Shown: positions 1 to 8,729 of the stretch, one piece after another
Numbering within the stretch: the first letter of the stretch is position 1
Layout of the letters: every line of letters begins with the position of its first letter
Notes under the pieces: generated by a model
Seen by the model: only the letters and a program-made list of their open reading frames with translations
The model's database searches: none
What the model was told of the DNA's origin: nothing
Program-made: the position numbers and the translations under genes
Assembly (NCBI GenBank): GCA_963595735.1
Contig: CAVBJJ010000006.1
Span: 14,694-78,693, forward strand
DNA from: a bacterium
GTDB lineage: Bacteria > Bacillota > Clostridia > Oscillospirales > Oscillospiraceae
Reading direction: 5' to 3'
Length of the DNA stretch: 64,000 nt

Positions 1-2
1 TT

Positions 3-203
3 ACTCTGGCTTATGAGCGCATCGCAGAGCTGGAAAAGCAGATTTCTGATATCAAGGCTTCCGGCGATTACGATGTGGAGGTAGACTTTGACGAAGTCGT
101 TTTGCATGACGACGATACAGACGAGGACGCCGCCACCTGTTCCGCAGAGGACTTTGCTCCCACCGAGGAGGAAAGCCCCGAGGAAGCTCCCAAAGCGGAG
201 TGA
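3..203 (+). CDS. 3' end of an unidentified gene (acidic C-terminal tail); start lies upstream of the window
   Basis: Frame 3 is open from the window edge to TGA 201-203 (..ERIAELEKQISDIKASGDYDVEVDF..EEAPKAE*). A hairpin plus T-run follows. Confidence 0.5.
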   Translation, partial: TLAYERIAELEKQISDIKASGDYDVEVDFDEVVLHDDDTDEDAATCSAEDFAPTEEESPEEAPKAE

Positions 204-221
204 TCTTCCCCGAACACCATT

Positions 222-251
222 CTCCCCCAGTGCTTCTGGGGGAGTTTTTTT
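222..251 (+). terminator. Rho-independent terminator
   Basis: CTCCCCCAG-tgct-CTGGGGGAG followed by T8. Confidence 0.8.
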
Positions 252-316
252 GTGACAAAAAGCACGAAGTGCATATAAAAAAGGCGCATTTCCGTTTTTC
301 AGGAAATGCGCCTTTT

Positions 317-553
317 TCAAACCCACAGCTCCGCCGTTGCCTCCGGCTCCGGCAGGCTTTGCAGGAATGCTTCCGAAAAGGTCTGGTAACAGTCCGGATC
401 CATCGCCCAGGCCATCCCGCACCCGGCAGAGAGCTGCCGGGGCACGGGGATCAGCCGGCCGGGAACCCCGGCCTTTTTACAGAGCGCCTCCATGCGCATG
501 GCCTCTGCCGTGGTGTGAAAGGTCCAGATCAGCCGTTTGGATTTCACTCTCAT
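317..553 (-). CDS. DUF3343-like small protein (putative Se/S carrier partner)
   Basis: 78 aa. The motif ..GRLIPVPRQLSAGCGMAW.. is typical of DUF3343. Overlaps the tusA-like stop by 4 nt. Confidence 0.7.
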   Translation of the reverse strand: MRVKSKRLIWTFHTTAEAMRMEALCKKAGVPGRLIPVPRQLSAGCGMAWAMDPDCYQTFSEAFLQSLPEPEATAELWV

Positions 554-756
554 GCTTTCACATGGATCTCGAATTCCTCGCCAACAGTTTTGACCTCATA
601 GCTTTTCTTCTGCTTGTTCAAAAGGTTTTCAATATTCTTCCGGGAGTGCGCCTCATCGCTGAGGATCACCAACTCCTGACCGGGATGCTGCTTCAGCGCC
701 TCATAGGTCATGAGCACAGGCTCCGGGCAGGACAAACCGCGTACATCGACTTTCAT
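550..756 (-). CDS. TusA/SirA (YedF)-like sulfur/selenium carrier protein
   Basis: 68 aa with N-terminal VDVRGLSCPEPVL (CPxP active-site motif). Directly abuts the yedE stop. Confidence 0.85.
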   Translation of the reverse strand: MKVDVRGLSCPEPVLMTYEALKQHPGQELVILSDEAHSRKNIENLLNKQKKSYEVKTVGEEFEIHVKA

Positions 757-1860
757 TTACTTTGCCCCCTCCAGTTTCTTTTTCCGGCTGCACACCGCAG
801 CGATCAGGAACAGCACACCGATGGCAACGATCACCGCGATCTTGCCGTTCAGGCCGGGACCGCCGGCGACAGCAGGCGTGGTCTCCGTGGCGGCAACCGC
901 AGCCGCACCGGCCAAACCGAAGTTATGGGCGCAGGCCGCGCCAATGAGCATACCCAGGAAAGTGATGCCGGAGTCCACAGAGCCCTGACCGGCCAGAATC
1001 AGCTGCCGGAAGGGGCAGCCGCCTGCCAGCACCGCAGCAAAGCCGACGGCGTACATACCCAGAATGCTCCACAGGTGCTGGGAATGTGCAATGGGCTGAC
1101 CGGCAAAAGAGGCGTGGAATTTGCCGCTTGCAATGTTATACACCAGCATGACCACAAACAGACCGGCGATGATGCACAGCAGCTCGGGATTCTTCATCAG
1201 GAACATATCCCGAATGCCGCCGGCAAAGCAGGCGCGGCTTCTCTGGGCGATGATGCCGATGACCAGCGCACCCACCAGAGCCAGCACCACAGGCGCGTGC
1301 ATACTACCGGGGCCGGCCTCGCTCTTGGCAAACAGCGCCGTGCAGACGCTCAGCACCAGGAGCAGCACCAGAATGATCGGCAAAATCGTGCCGTTGGCCG
1401 CGGGGATCGTGTGGCTGCGCCCCAGGCTGAAGCCCTTTTTCAGGAACAGAGAGCCGGTCAGCACGCCGCCGACAAAGCCGATGAGGGCGATGTAGGCATT
1501 CAGGTCGCCGGCAGACATACGCAGCAGCATACGCAGCGGGCAGCCCAGGAACACCAATGCGCCGATCATCATAATGAAGCCCAGCACAAAGCGAATGGCA
1601 GGAGAGGAACCGGCCGTGGCCTTGAACTCTCTCGTAGCCAGCGCGATGATAAATGCGCCCAGGACAAATCCCACGATCTCGGGACGCATATACTGCACAG
1701 CCTCCGCGTTGTGCAGCTTCAGGCTGCCCGCCATGTCACGAACAAAGCAGGCCACGCAAATCGCCATGTTTGCCGGGTTTCCTCCCACCGCCAACAGCAA
1801 GGCGACCACGCCAAAAATTGCGCCAAACAGCAATAGCTTTGGCTTCGACTGTATACCCAT
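757..1860 (-). CDS. yedE: YedE/YeeE family selenium/sulfur-compound transporter
   Basis: Polytopic membrane protein with CVACFVRDMAG and GGCPFRQL motifs. I chose internal ATG 1860 (MGIQSKPK..), preceded by a GGGGG RBS; the ORF-track start at 1983 is rejected. Confidence 0.8.
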   Translation of the reverse strand: MGIQSKPKLLLFGAIFGVVALLLAVGGNPANMAICVACFVRDMAGSLKLHNAEAVQYMRPEIVGFVLGAFIIALATREFKATAGSSPAIRFVLGFIMMIGALVFLGCPLRMLLRMSAGDLNAYIALIGFVGGVLTGSLFLKKGFSLGRSHTIPAANGTILPIILVLLLVLSVCTALFAKSEAGPGSMHAPVVLALVGALVIGIIAQRSRACFAGGIRDMFLMKNPELLCIIAGLFVVMLVYNIASGKFHASFAGQPIAHSQHLWSILGMYAVGFAAVLAGGCPFRQLILAGQGSVDSGITFLGMLIGAACAHNFGLAGAAAVAATETTPAVAGGPGLNGKIAVIVAIGVLFLIAAVCSRKKKLEGAK

Positions 1861-2093
1861 ATGTATACCCCCTAATAAAATTTTTGCACAATGTGTTGTG
1901 CATAGTAAAGTGTAACATTTGCTCTGCTGCCGCGCAAGAAAATATTCCCTGCTTTTTATAGGAATTTGCGAATTTAGTCGCATAATGTTCGGTTTTATCT
2001 ATAAAAACCGAACAATCCGCCTGTTTTTCAACCAGAATGTTTTTTCCTCATTTTTCCTGCAAAATCGGAAAATAGTCTCCAGAAGCAGCAAAC

Positions 2094-2132
2094 AAAAAAA
2101 TCCCACCCGCCGGAAGCCATTCCGACGGGTGG
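2094..2132 (-). terminator. amtB terminator
   Basis: On the minus strand: CCACCCGTCGG..CCGGCGGGTGG followed by a T-run. Confidence 0.75.
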
Positions 2133-2198
2133 AACCTTGCTGTATGTGCATAAGAAAAGAACAATCCAGGGGATCAGGATAGCAGACTAAGCCGCAGA

Positions 2199-3422
2199 TC
2201 ACACATCGTAATTCTGGCTCTCCTCGAAGATCTGCTCCTGATAGACCTCCATATCCACATTGCCCTCCACCTCGTCCGGCAGACGCAGAGAGGTAAAGCG
2301 GCCAATCACCTTGAGAATCACAAAGGTGGCGACAAAGGCAAACACCGCCGTGATGATCGCGCAGCCCAGCTGCACCAGAATCTGGCGGGGCACAGAGCTG
2401 ATGTTGGCAAGACCACTGTCCGCAAACAGGGGCAGCAGGATAATGCCGATGAAGCCGCCCATGCCGTGCAATCCCCACACATCCAGCGTATCGTCAATGC
2501 CCGTTGCGGGGCGTACTAGACTGATAAACAGCCAGCAGGCAACGGAGATGATCAAACTCATCAGAACCGCACTGGTGGGGCTGATCACACCGGCGGCCGG
2601 CGTGACCGCAACCAGACCGCCCAGCAGACCGATCATGGTCATGGCAAAGCTGGGGCGTCTTTCCCGGATGCTGGTGAGCACGAACCAGACGCCCATGCCG
2701 ACCATGGCGCCCAGCAGGGAGTTGACCATGCTGTAGACGGCCTGGCCATCCACGCACAGGGAACTTGCCGCATTAAAGGCCAGCCAGCCGAACAGCAGAA
2801 TACCGTTGTTGACCGAAAGCTGCACCATGTTATGGGGCGTGTTGTTCTGCACCTTGCGCTTATTGACCACCAATGCCGCCGCCAGCGCGGAGAAGCCGGC
2901 GCTGGTATGGATAACAACGCCGCCTGCCCAGTCGATCAGACCCAGACGGGCAAACAGGCCGCCGCCCCAGGTCATGTGCGTCAAAGGCAGGTACACCACA
3001 ATGCTCCAGACCGCGATAAAGATCACATAGGCTTTCAGCGCCATACGCTCCGCCACGCCGCCGCAAATCAACGCAGGGGTAATGATGGCATAGGTCACCT
3101 GCAGCAGGAAAAAGGCCAGGAACGGAATTGTCGGCCCGTAGTTTTCGTTGGGGGCAATGCCAACATTCCGCAAAAACAGGAAGTCCGTACCACCGATGAT
3201 GCCGCCCTTATCGCTGCCGAATGCAAAAGAGAAGCCAAAAATATACCACAGCACACCTACGACCGTGACACAGATCCACACCTGCATCATGATGTCCACG
3301 CTGCTCTTTTTTCGGGTCAGTCCCGCATAAAAAGCGGACAGCGCCGGCGTCATAAACAAGACCATGGCGGCACAGATCAGAATGAACAGGGTGTCTGTTG
3401 CACTAAAGGTGATCGCGCTCAT
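2199..3422 (-). CDS. amtB: Ammonium transporter (Amt family)
   Basis: 407 aa with about 11 TM segments and Amt-type motifs (FYAGLTRKK, AGGVVIHTSAGFSALAAALV, DDTLDVWGLHGMGG). Confidence 0.95.
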   Translation of the reverse strand: MSAITFSATDTLFILICAAMVLFMTPALSAFYAGLTRKKSSVDIMMQVWICVTVVGVLWYIFGFSFAFGSDKGGIIGGTDFLFLRNVGIAPNENYGPTIPFLAFFLLQVTYAIITPALICGGVAERMALKAYVIFIAVWSIVVYLPLTHMTWGGGLFARLGLIDWAGGVVIHTSAGFSALAAALVVNKRKVQNNTPHNMVQLSVNNGILLFGWLAFNAASSLCVDGQAVYSMVNSLLGAMVGMGVWFVLTSIRERRPSFAMTMIGLLGGLVAVTPAAGVISPTSAVLMSLIISVACWLFISLVRPATGIDDTLDVWGLHGMGGFIGIILLPLFADSGLANISSVPRQILVQLGCAIITAVFAFVATFVILKVIGRFTSLRLPDEVEGNVDMEVYQEQIFEESQNYDV

Positions 3423-3520
3423 AACTACACTACAACTCCTTTTCCCGTCCGCCGCGGAAGGACAGGCAAAAGCTCGGTCGCCGCGGCGGAAAAACTTTGT
3501 CCTACCAAAACAATGGGCTT

Positions 3521-3549
3521 ATTATAGAGACTTGTATTGTATTTGTCAA
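3521..3549 (-). promoter_or_regulatory. Sigma-70-type promoter of amtB
   Basis: Minus strand TTGACA-N17-TATAAT, about 95 nt upstream of the start codon. Confidence 0.6.
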
Positions 3550-3757
3550 TACTTAAATACAATGTATACCGCGCAGCACTGCAATGTATACAATCCTCTC
3601 TGCAAATGTCGATTCTCCGGCGCAAAATGCCGTTTTTTCCTGCTCCCCTCTGTTTTTGTATACAACTTTTCCTCCCGCATTTGTTTTTGCATCAAAGACA
3701 AGCGCCCCTCCACGGAGCATTTTCCGCAGAAAGGCGTTTGTAAGATGATCGTCGTTT

Positions 3758-4615
3758 TTATTTCATTCTTCCCGCCAGCTGGTCTGCCAGCGCTGCCAAA
3801 AATCCCGGTTCCGGGAATGCTGCAAGTGCGTTCTTGGCTTTTTCGGTCAATTGCAGCACCATATTCTGGCACTTTTCCGCGCCGTACAGAGCCATAAAGG
3901 TGCTTTTCCCCCGTTCCAGATCGCTGCCCACCGGCTTACCCAGCTCTGCTTCGTTGGCCAACTCATCCAGCATATCATCCCGGATCTGGAATGCCAGTCC
4001 CAGCGCCGCGCCATAGGCATCCGCCGCCGCCAGCATTTCCGCCGTTCCGCCGGCGGCCTGCACCCCCATACGGCAAGCGGCCATCAGCAGACTGCCGGTC
4101 TTGCGGCGCTGCAGCTCTGTCAGCTGGGCTTCGTCCAGGTGCTTGCCCTCCCCGGCCATGTCCAAAAACTGCCCGCCGCAAATTCCATCTACACCGGCGG
4201 CAGCGGCCAGGCTTTCCGCGCAGGCCGCCTTGCGCGCGGCAGGCAATTGGCTGCGCAGGATCGCGGCAAAGGCCTCCGCCTGGAGGGCGTCACCTGCCAG
4301 AACGGCGGTGCATTCTCCGAATTTTTTGTGATTCGTGGGCTTGCCCCGGCGAAGATCGTCGTCATCCATGCATGGCAGATCGTCGTGGATCAAGCTGTAG
4401 GTGTGAAGCATTTCCACCCCGCAGGCCACGGGCATTGCCAGCGCCGGGTCACCGCCGGAAATGCGGCAAAACTCCAGTACCAGCAGCGGGCGCACCCGCT
4501 TTCCCCCGGCCAGCAGACTATAGGACATGGATTCCAGCAGGCCGTCAAACCCCGATCCCCGTGGCGCAAAGACCGCTGCCAGTGCCGCTTCGATCTGTCG
4601 GCGGCAGTGTTCCAT
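3758..4615 (-). CDS. ispA: Farnesyl/geranyl diphosphate synthase (polyprenyl synthetase)
   Basis: Contains LIHDDLPCMDDDDLRRGKPT and FQIRDDMLD (first and second DDxxD motifs). Start taken at internal ATG 4615 (MEHCRRQIE..). Confidence 0.9.
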   Translation of the reverse strand: MEHCRRQIEAALAAVFAPRGSGFDGLLESMSYSLLAGGKRVRPLLVLEFCRISGGDPALAMPVACGVEMLHTYSLIHDDLPCMDDDDLRRGKPTNHKKFGECTAVLAGDALQAEAFAAILRSQLPAARKAACAESLAAAAGVDGICGGQFLDMAGEGKHLDEAQLTELQRRKTGSLLMAACRMGVQAAGGTAEMLAAADAYGAALGLAFQIRDDMLDELANEAELGKPVGSDLERGKSTFMALYGAEKCQNMVLQLTEKAKNALAAFPEPGFLAALADQLAGRMK

Positions 4616-4628
4616 TTGTTCTTTCACG

Positions 4629-4865
4629 CTATGATTCCTCCACGGCAAAGGGCAGCTCCTCCGGCGCGCCGTCCGCGCCCTTCCGGAGCTTGACCACCTT
4701 TTGCTCCGCCTTGTCCAGCAAACGGGTGCAGCCCTGGAGCAGACCGCTGCCCTCTTCAAAAAGCGCCAGGCTCTCCTCCAGAGACGCCTCTCCTTTTTCC
4801 AGCTGGCAGACGATTTCATCCAGCCGCGCCAGCTGCTGTTCAAATGTCAGCTTTTTTGTTGCCAT
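4629..4865 (-). CDS. xseB: Exodeoxyribonuclease VII small subunit
   Basis: 78 aa, begins TFEQQLARLDEIVCQLEKGEASLEESLALFEEG. Overlaps the xseA 3' end. Confidence 0.9.
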   Translation of the reverse strand: MATKKLTFEQQLARLDEIVCQLEKGEASLEESLALFEEGSGLLQGCTRLLDKAEQKVVKLRKGADGAPEELPFAVEES

Positions 4866-6060
4866 AGCTTGCCTCCAACACCTGGCAGTCCAAACTGCCC
4901 TTTTCCAAACGCAAATGTATGCGGTCTCCCACTGCGACCTGCGCCGCGTTCCGAATCACCCCTCCGGCATCATCCGTGGCCAGGGAATAGCCCCGCGCCA
5001 GCACCTTCAGCGGACTGAGCGCATCCAGCTTTGCCGCCAGGGCAATCTCCGCCCGGCGGGCGGCGGCAACGCGGTTTTCCGCAGCGGACAGCAGACGGCT
5101 GTGCAGCAGATCCAGCTCCATACGCTTTTGATCCAGATACGCCGCCGGGCTGCGCAGCACCGGGCGCTTTTCCAGCTCCTCCAGCCGTTTCCGAAGCTGC
5201 CGCAGCTGCTTTTCCATGCTGCGTTCCAGACGCTGCTCCCGGTCTGCAAGCTGCTCCAGCAGCTCCTGCATATCCGGCACCGCCAGCTCCGCCGCATTGC
5301 TGGGCGTTGCCGCCCGGAGATCGGCGACAAAATCGGCGATCGTCACATCCGGCTCGTGTCCCACAGCGGAGATCACCGGCAGCTGGGAGGCGAAGATCGC
5401 CCGCGCCACCTGCTCGTCATTAAAGGCCCACAGATCCTCCATGGAGCCGCCGCCCCGGCCGGTGATGATGAGATCCGCCAGCTTCCAGCGGTTTGCATAT
5501 TGCAGCGCGCCGACGATTTCCGCCGGTGCCTCCGTTCCCTGCACCCGCACCGGCAGCACAAGCACCTCCGCCAGCGGCCAGCGCTTGCCCAGCACACGGA
5601 TGATATCCCGCACCGCCGCCCCGGCGCTGCTGGTGATGACCGCGATGCGCCCCGGATACCGGGGCAGGGGCTTTTTGTGGGCAGGGTCGAACAGGCCCTC
5701 CTTCTCCAGCTTTTCTTTCAACTGGGCAAAGGCCACCTGCAAATCCCCCGCGCCCTCCGGGTGCAGCGCTTCCACATAGAATTGATACGCGCCGTCCCGG
5801 GGAAACACGCTGATTCGGCCGCTTCCGGTCACGGCCATGCCGTTTTCCGGACGAAAGCGCAGCCGGGCGGCAGCGGAACGGAACATGACGCAGCGCAGGC
5901 TGCTTTCCGCATCCTTCAGGGTGAAATAGTGGTGTCCGGAGGGATACATTTTATAATTGGAGATCTCCCCCCGCACCGTGACTCGGCTCAGGAGGGGATC
6001 CGTGTCCAAAAGCTGCTTGACATAGTGGTTTACTTCCGTAACGGACAGGGTCGGCAGCAT
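4840..6060 (-). CDS. xseA: Exodeoxyribonuclease VII large subunit
   Basis: 406 aa with an N-terminal OB-fold signature (VTVRGEISNYKMYPSGHHYFTLKD) and GRGGGSMEDLWAFNDE. Confidence 0.95.
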   Translation of the reverse strand: MLPTLSVTEVNHYVKQLLDTDPLLSRVTVRGEISNYKMYPSGHHYFTLKDAESSLRCVMFRSAAARLRFRPENGMAVTGSGRISVFPRDGAYQFYVEALHPEGAGDLQVAFAQLKEKLEKEGLFDPAHKKPLPRYPGRIAVITSSAGAAVRDIIRVLGKRWPLAEVLVLPVRVQGTEAPAEIVGALQYANRWKLADLIITGRGGGSMEDLWAFNDEQVARAIFASQLPVISAVGHEPDVTIADFVADLRAATPSNAAELAVPDMQELLEQLADREQRLERSMEKQLRQLRKRLEELEKRPVLRSPAAYLDQKRMELDLLHSRLLSAAENRVAAARRAEIALAAKLDALSPLKVLARGYSLATDDAGGVIRNAAQVAVGDRIHLRLEKGSLDCQVLEASYGNKKADI

Positions 6061-6063
6061 GGC

Positions 6064-6585
6064 TCAGACTCCGGTCTCCAGCGCGGCAGGCTCCGCTGCT
6101 TCTGCTTCCGACACTGCGGCTTCCGGCGCAGGCGATGCTTCTCCCTGCTCCCCGCGCATATAGCTGCCCAGGATGCCGTTGATAAAGGAGACCGTTTCCG
6201 GCTCCTCGTATCCCTTTGCCAGCTCCACTGCCTCGTTGATGGAGGCCGCGGGCGGGATCTCCGGCATATAGCGCAGCTCATACAGGCAGCAGCGCAGCAC
6301 GGCCAGCGCAACCCGGCTGATGCGGTTCAGTTTCCAGCCCCGGGCGTATTTTTCAATGTAGCCGTCCAGCTCCGCCTGCTTTTCCACCACGCCGGTACAC
6401 AGCGCTCGGATATAGTCCCGTTCCTTTTTTCCGGGATACTCGGCAAACAGGGGATCCTCCTTTGCCAGCGTGGCAAAGTATTCCCTGTCAAAAAAGTCAT
6501 CCAGATATTGGTTCTGATCGCCCGACTGGGCAGCGATGCTGAAGCTGAGCTGCACGGCGATCTCTCTGGCAATGGTTCTGGTCAT
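6064..6585 (-). CDS. nusB: Transcription antitermination factor NusB (with an Ala/Glu-rich C-terminal extension)
   Basis: Begins MTRTIAREIAVQLSF. Contains the NusB core (..LNRISRVALAVLRCCLYEL..INEAVELAKGY..). ATG 6585 has a GGGAG RBS. Confidence 0.9.
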   Translation of the reverse strand: MTRTIAREIAVQLSFSIAAQSGDQNQYLDDFFDREYFATLAKEDPLFAEYPGKKERDYIRALCTGVVEKQAELDGYIEKYARGWKLNRISRVALAVLRCCLYELRYMPEIPPAASINEAVELAKGYEEPETVSFINGILGSYMRGEQGEASPAPEAAVSEAEAAEPAALETGV

Positions 6586-6645
6586 AAAGCATAATCTCCC
6601 TGTGACAGTATTCCGCAAGGCGGCAGGTGTTTTTCAGTCTGTTCT

Positions 6646-7008
6646 TTATTTGTTGAATGCCACGCCGGCAACATGGACATTGACCACCACATTGCTGCCG
6701 GTCATGTCCGCCACCGTGGTCGCAACCTTGTCCTGCACCTGACGCGCCACATCGGCCACGATGCAGCCGTAATTGATGTTCACCATCACATCAATTACCA
6801 CCGTGTCATCCTCCTGGAAGCCCACCTTTACACCGCGATGGGAACTGCGCTTGCCCAGCAGCTCCTGGAGGTCTCCGCCGCCGGCGGAAGCCAGTCCCGC
6901 AACGCTTTCCACCTCGTCCACAGCTGCCCCCACCAGAACGGCAACGACATTCTCGGAAATATGGATCATACCATGCTCGGTCATCTTGGAAATATAATTA
7001 TCAATCAT
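6646..7008 (-). CDS. Asp23/Gls24 family envelope stress (alkaline shock) protein
   Basis: Contains ISENVVAVLVGAAVDEVESVAGL..GVKV..VNINYG. ATG 7008 is preceded by AAAGGAGG. Confidence 0.85.
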   Translation of the reverse strand: MIDNYISKMTEHGMIHISENVVAVLVGAAVDEVESVAGLASAGGGDLQELLGKRSSHRGVKVGFQEDDTVVIDVMVNINYGCIVADVARQVQDKVATTVADMTGSNVVVNVHVAGVAFNK

Positions 7009-7117
7009 ATGAACAACCTCCTTTGGGTCTTCGCTGTATTTTACCATAGATATCAGAAAAAGGAAAGAGGGAGTTTTCCGCTGGGTAAAGACCCCGGGAA
7101 ACTAAAATCACGGCAGC

Positions 7118-7154
7118 AAAAAAGCTCGCCGCCTGCATAAAACAGGCAACGAGC
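7118..7154 (-). terminator. spoIIIA operon terminator
   Basis: Minus strand: 12-bp GC-rich stem (GCTCGTTGCCTG/CAGGCGGCGAGC) followed by T6. Confidence 0.75.
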
Positions 7155-7182
7155 CTTGGAGCTGGGTTCTCGCCCCCCTGCG

Positions 7183-7767
7183 TTATTCTCCGCTGTCCGC
7201 TTTGATCTCCACCAGGCGGATCTGGGACGCGGCAAAATCCGTCTCCGCCGTGATCGCATCGGTGATCTGGGCAACGGATTGCTCCGTCAGTCCCTCCAGC
7301 GGCGCGGGCACCGCAACGGAGATCCCGTCCTCGGAAATAAAGGCGACGCACTCGGCATAGCCCTTTGCCAGCAGCAGGTTTTCCACCTGCGCCTCCTGCA
7401 TGGACCAGGTGGCCATACAGGTGATCTCGTTCATGGCGCTGTCCAGCACCTCCTGGCTGACGCCCTCCCCGGTCGCCGCCGTCTCCAGCAGGTTCATAGC
7501 CTCGTCCCGGGACTGCTGCCGGCTGAGCCGGGCGGAAGCGAAATAGTCCGAGGTGGGAACCGTCTCCGTCTGGCTTTCCGTTTCGGCGGCCTCGGTCGTT
7601 TTGCTTTTGTCCTTCTGCTCCGCGGCGGCGGCCTGCGCGTCCTCCGCCTCCACCATGACCGGATCTGCCTGCCCCAGATTGCGGTTGTAATCCCAGTTGA
7701 GATACACCGCCGCCCCGGCAAACAGCACCACGACCGCAACGACCAGATAGCGCTTGAGCTTTTTCAT
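7183..7767 (-). CDS. spoIIIAH: Stage III sporulation protein AH
   Basis: N-terminal TM segment, acidic linker, YscJ/FliF-like C-terminal region. Last gene of the spoIIIA operon. Confidence 0.8.
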   Translation of the reverse strand: MKKLKRYLVVAVVVLFAGAAVYLNWDYNRNLGQADPVMVEAEDAQAAAAEQKDKSKTTEAAETESQTETVPTSDYFASARLSRQQSRDEAMNLLETAATGEGVSQEVLDSAMNEITCMATWSMQEAQVENLLLAKGYAECVAFISEDGISVAVPAPLEGLTEQSVAQITDAITAETDFAASQIRLVEIKADSGE

Positions 7768-7779
7768 GTTTTCTGCCTC

Positions 7780-8253
7780 CTATTGTTTTTCCATATTTTT
7801 CACGATGATCTTATCGGTACGCAGCCCGGTAAAGGCCGCTGTGATCTGGGTGATATCCAGCCGGGTACCCGCGCCGCCGCTGCCCTGCCAGACCACTACC
7901 GCGCCCCGGTACTCCGGATACCTGCGCCGCAGCTCCACAGTTTGCTCCCCGCTGCTGCCGGAGGACAGCACCAGAGGCCCCTCTGCGCTTTCCGCCAGCT
8001 CTCGCTGGGCCGTGGCGTCCAGACTCAGCAGCACCGCCGCGTCCGTCACGCCTTCCAGCTCCCGCACTGCGGCGCACAGGCGCGCTTCCTCTGTCTCCAA
8101 AGAAAAGGCCTGCTCCGCGGACGCTTCCGCTGTGGCTTCCGTCTGCTTTTTCCCGCTTGGCGCCAGAAGCAGCACCAGCCCCAGCGCCAAAACCAGCACG
8201 ACCCACTTTTTCCCCTTGAGCCGGTTCAGCCATTCGCCTTGCTTTCGTTCCAT
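7780..8253 (-). CDS. spoIIIAG: Stage III sporulation protein AG
   Basis: Begins MERKQGEWLNRLKGKKWVVLVLALG. Has the conserved C-terminus ..YRGAVVVWQGSGGAG..; position within the operon fits. Confidence 0.8.
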   Translation of the reverse strand: MERKQGEWLNRLKGKKWVVLVLALGLVLLLAPSGKKQTEATAEASAEQAFSLETEEARLCAAVRELEGVTDAAVLLSLDATAQRELAESAEGPLVLSSGSSGEQTVELRRRYPEYRGAVVVWQGSGGAGTRLDITQITAAFTGLRTDKIIVKNMEKQ

Positions 8254-8729
8254 GTTCCGTTCCACCTCTGCATCTTTTCCGGTATCCCCAGCCCCGCTGC
8301 GATCTCCGCCGCCAGGCCTGCATGATACCCGCCCGGCGCCTGGATCGTGACCGTCCGGGGGTACCAGCACCCGGCATCGCTCCAGGCACATTCCAGCTCC
8401 ACGGCAAGCACCTCCACCCCCAGGGCTTCGGCTTTGTCCAATATATATGTCTCCATCTCCTGCTGTATGACAAGGCGCTCGTAGCTCGCCTTATTTTCCT
8501 CCGCCTGCTGCACGGTGTCCTGCGCCGTTTGACGATATTGCTGCAAATAGGCCGCGTAGCCCTCCCAGGAGATCTCCCGCAAGGGGGAAAACAGTAAAAT
8601 CGCCATCAGCACGCCGCACAGCAGCCGCAGCAGCTTGCGGATCTGCCCCGGCGGCGTGATCGTCAGCACCAGCAGCGACAGCACCGCCCCGGCGCAGAGA
8701 CTGCCGACCCAGTGATACAGCCCGGTCAT
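8226..8729 (-). CDS. spoIIIAF: Stage III sporulation protein AF
   Basis: 167 aa with two N-terminal TM segments (MTGLYHWVGSLCAGAVLSLLVL..). The ATG overlaps the spoIIIAE stop. Confidence 0.75.
   Translation of the reverse strand: MTGLYHWVGSLCAGAVLSLLVLTITPPGQIRKLLRLLCGVLMAILLFSPLREISWEGYAAYLQQYRQTAQDTVQQAEENKASYERLVIQQEMETYILDKAEALGVEVLAVELECAWSDAGCWYPRTVTIQAPGGYHAGLAAEIAAGLGIPEKMQRWNGTWNESKANG

Noticed and set aside
337-1836. 499-aa plus-strand ORF overlapping the yedE/tusA/DUF3343 genes
   Set aside because: It is antisense to a recognisable YedE transporter. The translation is Arg/Gly/Ala/Gln/His-rich low complexity with no RBS. This is the typical stop-poor antisense frame of high-GC DNA.
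3991-6594. 867-aa plus-strand ORF across ispA-xseB-xseA-nusB
   Set aside because: It is antisense to four well-recognised genes. The composition is Pro/Arg/Ala-rich and no domains are recognisable.
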